Source: Eledone cirrhosa (Eukaryota). From it: a DNA stretch of 64,000 bases. The stretch is taken from the NCBI GenBank assembly GCA_964016885.1, contig OZ024752.1:14880001-14944000 (forward strand). Direction: 5' to 3'. Of the stretch, positions 54,244 through 64,000 are shown in pieces; position 1 is the first letter of the stretch; every line of letters begins with the position of its first letter. A program made the translations under genes and the position numbers. The notes beneath the pieces were generated by a model. That model was given only the letters and a program-made list of their open reading frames with translations, ran no database searches and was not told where the DNA came from.

Positions 54244-54580
54244 AGAAAATATTGTTACGTCCTATGATTCCTACGATATATGTTATATAAAGGAATATAA
54301 ATGAACGATAATTTGGTAGGATTGCAACTGTGAAATTTCAGTCTATGAAATAAGTAAATTCTTTAGGGATTCGAATCTTACTTGAATTAAGCAAGTATCT
54401 TTCTAACAATAGAATATGCTTTATTATTGAACTACGTGTATTATTCACATGTCAATTGTAGAATTGTATTATATGAAAGCGTTTAATATATTAATTCGAA
54501 GCCATAGTAATTATTGTTTCTAGATTATTCATTGCTTCATTTTCTTATATATTGCGTCGTTTTGCCAAAGTATCAAATGC

Positions 54581-54649
<69 letters not shown>

Positions 54650-54884
54650 TAAATATACACGGGTGTGTATGATTGTGTATAGAAGATTATATTAACAAAA
54701 GGAATTTCAACTTTGTTTGATTTACTCGTTTTATTTACAATCGTTTAAAATTTATAATGTTATTAGAATGAAATAGTATGGTAGAATATTAAATGTTATG
54801 TGTTAATTGAACAAGTACTTTCATGCATTCGCAATCTTCAGGTTCATATTGTGTGGTGACAGTCAAGTTTGCAATTTTCAACTG

Positions 54885-54937
54885 TATATATTGTATATAT
54901 ATATATATACAAACATACATACATACACACATACATG

Positions 54938-54969
<32 letters not shown>

Positions 54970-54995
54970 TACAAACATACACACACACATACATG

Positions 54996-55045
<50 letters not shown>

Positions 55046-55150
55046 CATGTGTTATAAAAAAATATATACATATGTGAATAATACACGTCATTCAATAATA
55101 ATATCACTATACATATAGATATATATATAATATGTATATATATATATATA
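54885..55150. repeat. (TA)n/(CA)n/(TACA)n microsatellite
   Basis: Visible. Confidence 0.9.
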
Positions 55151-55621
55151 AAAACATGAGAAGAATTGAGTGCTGCGTGGTTGCACATGGGTTACATATA
55201 AAAAAAATACTCCTTCATCAGTGATTTTCCAACCTTCATTGTTATTTCATAACTTTAAAAATCATAGAGAGAATGAGAAGCACGGACAGAGATATGTACT
55301 TTCCTCTCTAAATATGTATGTAAAAACTAATAATTATTCGTATAAATATACAACATAACTATATTATACATGGCCGCACTTGAAAAAACATATTATGCTG
55401 AAACAGATATTATTAAATGCGGAAATATTCACTTTATATATAAATGTTTTTATATTATAGTGAAAGAATCTCCTCAACATTTTCTACTGAAAAAAAACCT
55501 TCTCCTCTCTACTATTTGTTTTTATATATATCAACTCGTGTGGTACTTTCGTACATTACACACACGCGCACACACACCACACTACACCACACCACACCAC
55601 ACACCACAGACACACACACAC

Positions 55622-57605
55622 AGAATTCACAAGAATCAAAGCTATGTTCAAAGCATTTATTCACTTACAATTTTTTCATCCAAACCTAGGCTTCGAGTCT
55701 TCGGAGCATTTTTCAATGTTTGTACATATAATTGACTTCCTATCCAACGCAGGAGACATACAGATACATATATATATATTGATGTACAGTGGAGTGACAT
55801 ATATTATACTATACTATCTTTGTACAGTAATTCAAATTTAAAATTAAAATTAAAATACATGCGGCAGATAACACAGATAATGTAAGGGGATAGTTTGATA
55901 ATCAGATCTAGTAGATAGTGTCTGCGTTAGTCACACCTGGAGCATGGACGTGTGTCTCATTTTTATACGATTATTGTGTGGCAAAGTGTTACATGTAATG
56001 CAAGCACTTTAAGCGGGTAAGCAGGAGTATTATGGTGGGTGTAGTGGTAGGGTATGGTTTGTATAGACAAAAAAAGTATGTGTACAGAAAAAGAAAAAGG
56101 AAGTTATAGTTTTCGCATCCACCACCATTTTCACATCCAGAAAAAAGAAGTTATAGTTTTCACATCCATCACATAAGTTACGATGATTCCGTATTGAATG
56201 TTTGATGCATTAAATTATTGTAGCGTATTGAGGCTCAGTGTTATTTAATCCATATTTATAGAATAGGTTTTTTCTGCTGCGAGAATTTACAGTGGTTTAT
56301 TACCAGGAAGTAGGTGTGTAATTAAGGGGAGGTAACTAGCTGATTTTCATAACTAAATTCATTGTTCTAACATACATTTAATTACAATTGCATATATAAT
56401 GTATGGAGTAATAACATTAGATATATATAGGATTAATTTATTAGCATAAGGTATCTGTCTAACTTATATGTAGGGTGGTGCAATGAATTATATATGAATT
56501 ATATATGCATGTATAACTTGATGGATAGATTAATGACATTGTAAATGAGGGATGTATTTGTCTACCCAAGAGATGTATTTGATTTTGTCATGCGATGCTC
56601 CATAGCTTACCAGGGGTTATGTAGACACAATTCTAATAAGTCCTTTGATATGTTTTGAGAGTAGACTGTATTTACAGTGAACTTTGATATAAAGATAAGG
56701 CACTTTGTATGGGAAATTCAATTATAGCACTATATAATAAAGAGGAATCAACTTCCTATAGATACCTTTAATACATTATGGTAGAGTAGACTGTATTTAA
56801 AATTGAAAATTAGATATAAATAGATAACCTTTTCTATAAGAGACTCAATTGAGGCACCATATAATGTATGTTAGAACAATGAATTTAGTTATGAGAATCA
56901 GCTAGTTGCCTCCCCTTACGCATTAACTCCCCTTAATTACACACCTACATCCGGGTAATAAACCACTGTAAATTCTCGCAGCAGAAAGAACCTATTCTAT
57001 AAATATGGATTAAATAACACTGAGCCTCAATACGCTACAATAATTTAATGCATCAAACATTCAATACGGAATCATCGTAACTTATGTGATGGATGTAAAA
57101 ACTATACCTTTCTTTTTCTGGATGTGAAAATGGTGGTGGATGCGAAAACAATAACTTTCCTTTTATACCACTACAATCACCATAATACTCTTGCTTACCC
57201 GCTTAAAGTGCTTGCATTACATGTAACACCTTGCCACACAATAATCGTATATAAATGAGACACACTTGCATGCTCCAGGTGTGACTAACGCTAACACTAT
57301 CTACTAGATCTTATTATCAAACTATCCCCTTACATTATCTGTGTTATCTGCCGCATGTATTTGAATTTGAATTTTGATTTTGATTTTAAATTTGAATTGC
57401 TGTACAAATATAGCAAAGTATAATATATGTCACTCCACTGTACATCAATATAAATATATGTATCTGTATGTCTCCTGCGTTGGATAGGAAGTCAATTATA
57501 TGTACAAACATTGAAAAATGCTCCGAAGACTGTGAGCCTAGGTTTGGATGAAACAATTGTAAGTGAATAAAGGCTTTGAACATAGCTTTGAATCTTGTGA
57601 ATTCT
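55622..57605. repeat. Long inverted repeat (foldback-like): arms 55622-56378 and 56863-57605, spacer ~485 bp
   Basis: The left arm AGAATTCACAAGAATCAAAGCTATG...GTTCTAACATACATT is the reverse complement of the right arm along its full length, with scattered substitutions and small indels. Mirrored 65-aa ORFs at 55644+ and 57583- confirm it. Confidence 0.95.
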
Positions 57606-57614
57606 ATATAACTG

Positions 57615-57706
57615 CTCTGTAGAACAACTGATGTTCTTACATTGAGCTATTTATCTTACTGGTAATAAGGTAGTAATACATTACTGACCGTCCCTGTTTA
57701 TAGTTT
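57615..57706 (-). repeat. Unclassified dispersed repeat, inverted copy of 45534-45623
   Basis: Direct alignment by eye. Confidence 0.85.
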
Positions 57707-57763
57707 AAAATATACATAACTATAAGTAGTATCTTAATATTATATATACATATATATTAATAT

Positions 57764-57797
<34 letters not shown>

Positions 57798-59829
57798 GCT
57801 GATTTACGAACGTTTATTCGAATTCCTCGGCCTTTTCAAAACCAATTATTTAATAATAAATTATCATTATAATCTCACCAAAGCAATAAGCAGTTACAGA
57901 AAATGTTCCTTCCACAATATTCAGCTTTCCGCACCGAATAGCAGAATACTAAATACCTGACGGTGAAGAAAACCCATTTTCCTGGCGAGAACTACAGTTA
58001 TGCTTTTCCAGGACCTTCCCTAACCGTGCTAGAGAGTATGTTAACGCAATACTGCTGCGAATCTCTTTTGTGCATTTGCTGTTTGATGTGAATATGTTCA
58101 TTTTTCTGTCTATGAAATATTCCAGACACAAATTCATTTACAAATGTAACCCAACTCTCACAAAGGACTCCTTTCAATCAGGTTTTTGTGTTATGTACTT
58201 CTCTTCCTTCACGCACGCACACACGCACACGCAATCACGCACTTACACACAGACACACACTCTCTCCAAATACTGAATATAAGTTGAACTCTTGACACAA
58301 TGGAACCTCACCTAAGTACAAATACACACATTCACACACAGGCACCACTCCCCCAAACACATACCATATCACAACAATATTCCATCTGGACATTTATTCT
58401 CAAAAAAACAACTTTCTATTCAAATCAAGGAAGTTTTCTAGAAAATCAATTGAATCCTGACTTGTTGGTCCCCACAGACCTTCCTTCATAAAGACCATAT
58501 ATATATAAGAGAAAATTCAGAGAGAAGCCTCACCTATTTTATCACTACCCAAATAATATGAGAACCATTTTCTTTAATAATTGATAAGACTGACATACTG
58601 GCAATATTTAACAAATCTTAGATGAATTTAATGTAAAAATTATATGAAAAATCTTAATTCAGTTAGATTAAAAAAAAATATCACCCTTAATTATACACCT
58701 GTGCTTTTTAACTTTTACGTTTTACCCATCTAGATTTGCATGTTACCTTACCACCTTTTTCAACAGCGGGAGAGTGTGACATGTACAATCCGGACTGAAT
58801 TCATCCGCCTAAAATAAGGTTTGCCTCCCTTGCCGAGCCCCACGTGAGGTCGGTAACGGTCATTCCTTAAATTAGCACTCGAACTAAAACCTGTTGAAAA
58901 AGTGGCATCCTTGTTCAATAATCTTACCAGAAGCCTAACATTATTTGTGTAAGCGGACAGTATTTGATTTAGGACTCGCAGCAACCCAAATGCTGGATTT
59001 TACCAACCATCCAGGGGTACGGGTAAATTTTCAATCACATATATTTTTATTTGTTTGGCCCGAATTACTTGGTCGTTTTTATGGCTGTGTGGATGATTGT
59101 TTAACCATCGTCTCAGTGACTTTGGCCTTTAACGTATGTTGTAGCTCTGGTTCATCTGAATCAGTGAGCGTTTGCCACACATCTCGGAGGTTGGTTTTCG
59201 TTAATTCCTAAGCCGAAATACGATTCTCGCTAATTTATATATATATATATATATATATACAGTATTTTCCGTTGTGTTGTAATATAAATATTACACACAG
59301 TAGATTATCAGCTCACGTAGAGTTTGCTCGACGGTTCCAGTTGTAGTTCCAAAAGTAATCCGGAGAAAAATAGAAAGATTTGAATGGATACAGTTTAGTT
59401 GAAAGGAATTTATTGACACGTGTTTCTATAACAGTTACATAACCTAAAACAGCTGCTATCTACAAACTTTTAGTTATGCAGACATTCAATATTTCAATGT
59501 TATTATTTACTGTCATTGCATCAGAATAATATTACTGAGGACCTATTTAGTTTTTATAGAGAATATTAGGAGGGAGGGGTGAAGTTGTTAGAAGAATAGT
59601 TGAAAGAGTGGTTTTTCGATAGCAGTGAGAATTCTTGGTGGCAGTGAGTAATTAGATTCCCATCTGTTGTTTTGACATTTTTTATAGAATATATTATTGG
59701 TTATTTTTCTAAATATATAGAAGGATTAGAGATAGTAAAGATATGCGTGGTTGGTTTTGTGTTTGCACTTAATTAACATTCAGACTTAAATTTTTCTTTC
59801 AAGTGTACGTATCCTTTCACCCACGCATT

Positions 59830-60375
<546 letters not shown>

Positions 60376-60424
60376 GATATAATGTTTGTGTGTTTCTCTT
60401 TCTCTTAATTTCGTGTGTCTTGTG

Positions 60425-61040
60425 ATGTTGTTATTCCATTCATGTTTTCTGTTTAATTTTGGTTGGAGTTCGTTTATATTTGTTGCCTCTGTGATTTGTC
60501 TGAGCATTGCACATTTTCTGTGTGGATATTATTTTTATCTCTATGTTCTCTAATGTGCCCCTATGTTCTATTTTGGCATGTTGGAGTACAGATGAGTTTT
60601 TTCCCATCCTGGAGTTCTCACCAGTGTTCACTTATCCTTTCTCCTATGTTAAGAGCTGTTTCACCTATGTATGTTATATGTTTATTCCTACACTATAACT
60701 CACTACATCTTATGCTATATACTTCGTTCCTAGTTTTGCAGTTAATTTGCGGGTTTAGCTTGCAGACTATGCATTTTCTATCAACACAGGGCAATCTTTG
60801 AAATGGATGTTTTGCTAATTAGGGTTTTTATGAGAATACCTGGTCTTTCAACTATTTTAATATTTAATTTGAGCTGGTGTAGAGCCCTTCTAAATCTATA
60901 AGCTAGTTCGCCTCTGGGGGTTGTATTGAGAAACATTACACTCTGGTATTTATTGCTATCATACCATGAGTTTACTTTATTTGGCTTATTCCTAACCTGT
61001 TCTGTTCCAAAATTTGCTCCAGCATAAAATTTAAACCTAT
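60425..61040 (-). mobile_element. Penelope-like element remnant: linker, Cys knuckle and GIY-YIG endonuclease (frameshifted, with stops)
   Basis: Minus frames give SVMFLNTTPRGELAYRF...KIVERPG, then PCVDRKCIVCKLNPQINCKTRNEVYSIRC..*C....YIGETALNIGERISEH, then SSVLQHAKIEH and MLRQITEATNINELQPKLNRKHEW. Confidence 0.9.
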
Positions 61041-61332
61041 TCACTGTGGAGGTGACAGAAATTTGTAAAGAAAGAGCTTTGACAATATATTAACAACCTT
61101 CCTGTTATGGAACCAACCAACCATCCAACCATATATTTATAATAAATTGAAGGGACAAGCAACAGGTGCGTGTGTGTTTATTGGGATCATGACCTTCCCA
61201 AAGTATAACAATATATATAAATTTATTCTTAAAGCTTGCTAGATTTGATTATGTATATGGTTGATTATGCTGATTAGAAGAAGAAATAGTATATATTTTA
61301 ATATCTGATTAATTCTATAGACATGAGTTATG

Positions 61333-61363
<31 letters not shown>

Positions 61364-61459
61364 ACAAAGAAACAAACGAAGCTAATATCATTATTAATAT
61401 TCGGAAAACTTAGATTACATGATATATAAATATATCTATATCTATCTATACACACAGAC

Positions 61460-61489
61460 CCACACGCGCACACGCCTACGCGCGCGCAC

Positions 61490-61577
<88 letters not shown>
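61460..61577. repeat. (CA)n/(TA)n microsatellite
   Basis: Visible. Confidence 0.9.
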
Positions 61578-61578
<1 letters not shown>

Positions 61579-62187
61579 ATCGTTTCTATCTCACGTAATG
61601 TGTATATTTTTTAGTAATGCCTCATGCGGGTTATATAATAACACTCTTTACTAATTTTCCAATAAATGAATACTGGGGCAAACATCAAATATGCATTTAT
61701 TTGCTTTCATTGCCTTTTCGCAAATCTTTCTATGAATGTTTTGAAGATTGCATTCCATATCCCTTGATACTTTAATACCCAATCATTAAAAAAAGAATAT
61801 AATTAGAATTAGAATATTTTATTAGCCAATGGCAAATTCATGTTTGTTTATTTTAATGTTTATGAAAGTATTCATCTCCAGAATCTGATATGTATTTTGA
61901 TTTAAAGACGCCACAAAATAATAGTTCCAAATATCATGGAGTAACAGCTTTATTTCTATGATAATTCCTAGTAAATCATGAACACAAAATAATCAAATGT
62001 AAAGTTGCTTTTCATTTATGAGCTTCCGAAATTATTTTTAGAATGCGTTAATTAACAGAATTTAGACAATTTTCTTTCAAATCCAGGGAAAACTAATTAG
62101 GGATTTCACTGGATGTTTCAAATAACGTTAATGGAATCCGTAAAAAACTTGTCAACGACAATATTATATAATTTTGAAAGGATTATA

Positions 62188-62651
62188 TACACATATGATA
62201 TACAAACACACACATATACACATAATCATATACACACACACACATATATATACACTCATATACACACACACACACTCATATACACACACACATACACATA
62301 TATATATACACTCATATATATACACACACACATATATATACACTCATATACACACACACTTATATATTTATATATATACATACACACACTACGCAACACA
62401 CACACACATATATATATACACACAACACACTCATACATACACACACACACATACACACAACACACACACATACAAAGACACACACACACATACAAAGACA
62501 CACACACACCCAGACATGGATGGCTGGAACAGATAAAAGAATAAAAAAGTATATATAAACCACACACACACACACACATATACGGTCACATATATAAACA
62601 CACATGGATGGCTGGATCAGGTAAAACAGTAAAAGAGGTATATATATCCAT

Positions 62652-62682
<31 letters not shown>

Positions 62683-62692
62683 TATACATATA
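62188..62692. repeat. (CA)n/(TA)n tract with two short LINE/SINE tail remnants (62515-62551, 62603-62640, + strand)
   Basis: CATGGATGGCTGGA(A/T)CAG(A/G)TAAAA occurs twice and matches the reverse complement of the tail at 45414 and 53866. Confidence 0.8.
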
Positions 62693-62695
62693 TAA

Positions 62696-63155
62696 AGACC
62701 TGAAAATCCGCCTCTTCATTGCTGTAGTGGAGTCTGTGCTGCTGTACGGGTCTGAGACTTGGACACTGACCAAGAAACTCACTCAGATGGTGGATGGGTG
62801 CTACACGAGAATGCTGAGGATGGCTCTGAACATTAATCAGTATACACTGAGGATGAAAAAACTCAGAGCTGTATGGGAGCCTCCCAAAAGTCAGCTCATA
62901 AGTGACACAGAGGAGATTGAGGTTAACTGGACATGCTCATCGACATCCAGAGTTGATACTGCACCCAGTGCTCCTGTGGGAGCCCCTACATGGACACACT
63001 GGAAGAGGAAGACCAAGGTTAACGTATGTTGATGCCTTATGGACAGACACTGGTCTATTGGAGACGCAGGACATGGCAGTGATAATGAGGGACAGAGACC
63101 GCTGGAGAGAACTCGTCCATGGATCTCGGGAATTTTACCTGCCCTAGAAAAAAAT
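62696..63155 (+). mobile_element. 5'-truncated RTE-clade LINE (post-RT C-terminal domain, frameshifted)
   Basis: LKIRLFIAVVESVLLYGSETWTLTK...DGCYTRMLRMALNI, then RRLRLTGHAHRH...VLLWEP..G..GRGRPRLTYVD.....TG.......MRDRDRWR. Ends in a short A-run. Confidence 0.9.
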
Positions 63156-63346
63156 ATGTATTTGTGAGTGTCTGTGTCTGTTAGTTTTAGTTTATATAAG
63201 ACGCTAATAAACTAAACAGAGACTCTCAATTCTTCATCTCACACATGTATCCTCATAATTCCCAACTCAGCTTTGTTAAAAATAAGTTGTCATCAACCAT
63301 TCCGGATATAATAACTCATTATTATAAAATATTTTATATTTTTTAA

Positions 63347-63538
63347 GGGCGGTGGATTGGCAGTATTGGTAGAGGGTCGGACGCCATGCTTTGACGCATT
63401 GAGTTACGGCCCTTGCCATTCTGAGTTCAAATGCCACCGAGGTTAACTTTGCCTTTCATCCTTACGGGGTTGATAAAATAAAGTACCAGTAATGTACTGG
63501 GATAATTGCTGGCCTTGTGCCAAAAGTAGAAACAATTA
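63347..63538 (+). mobile_element. tRNA-derived SINE, full length
   Basis: GGGCGGTGGATTGGCAGTATTGGTAGAG (A box) and GAGTTCAAATGCC (B box). Reverse complement of the 50.7 and 53.3 kb copies. Confidence 0.9.
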
Positions 63539-64000
63539 TACAATATTTTTGAATATCCGTACGTTCTAAGTTATGATTTGCTGGCAATTAGTCAGCACCA
63601 TGACCGACTTGTGGGCGACTAAATCGGCTCCCCCACTAGAATCTGATCTGATGAGGTGGATAAGTGGAACCCCAGCCGCATTAAATGAACAAGAGCTGTT
63701 AAACCAGCCGATGAATTGATGAGAGTCAACGCCCATCCACCAGAACTATTGTCTAAATAACCTTACTATCCCACAATTGGCCAAGCGTGGTAAGTAAGGT
63801 TACACCCCTGACATGAGCAAAACCAAATAGAAAGCAGTAGTCAAATGTGTTACGGTTTACATTACATCCATTCGCAAGGTTGCACAAGCAAGCGAACCGG
63901 TACACACACATGCGAACATTGCACCCCACCCCCTCACACACACATAATCCCACTCAAAATGTACAAGATTTATCTGCCTTTCATTATATCTTCAATATCT

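Noticed and set aside
55644-57583. Pair of near-identical 65-aa ORFs on opposite strands as duplicated genes
   Set aside because: A by-product of the inverted repeat arms, with no domain or coding signature.

Overview
Eukaryotic, gene-poor window, most likely from an octopod cephalopod. That taxon call is inference from the tRNA-SINE families, CR1-type LINE tails and dense (TA)n/(TATG)n microsatellites. Positions 1-~38199 are one uninterrupted array of a 24-bp unit (TAGCCTAAACAGTGTTTAACGCCA, ~1,590 copies). Each unit has an internal palindrome (TAAACA-N-TGTTTA) and a TTAGGC hexamer on the minus strand, and the array shows nested higher-order duplications. The CLGYGVKH ORFs are read-outs of this satellite. 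Positions 38200-64000 are AT-rich DNA packed with microsatellites and transposon remnants: CR1-type, RTE and CRE LINE 3' ends, Penelope-like pieces, tRNA-SINEs, a Helitron with a second Helitron nested inside it, and a ~2-kb foldback inverted repeat. Two type-I hammerhead ribozyme folds with a compensatory base change sit in a Penelope-type repeat. I could not support any intact host protein-coding gene. Family assignments come from motif recognition by eye, not database searches.
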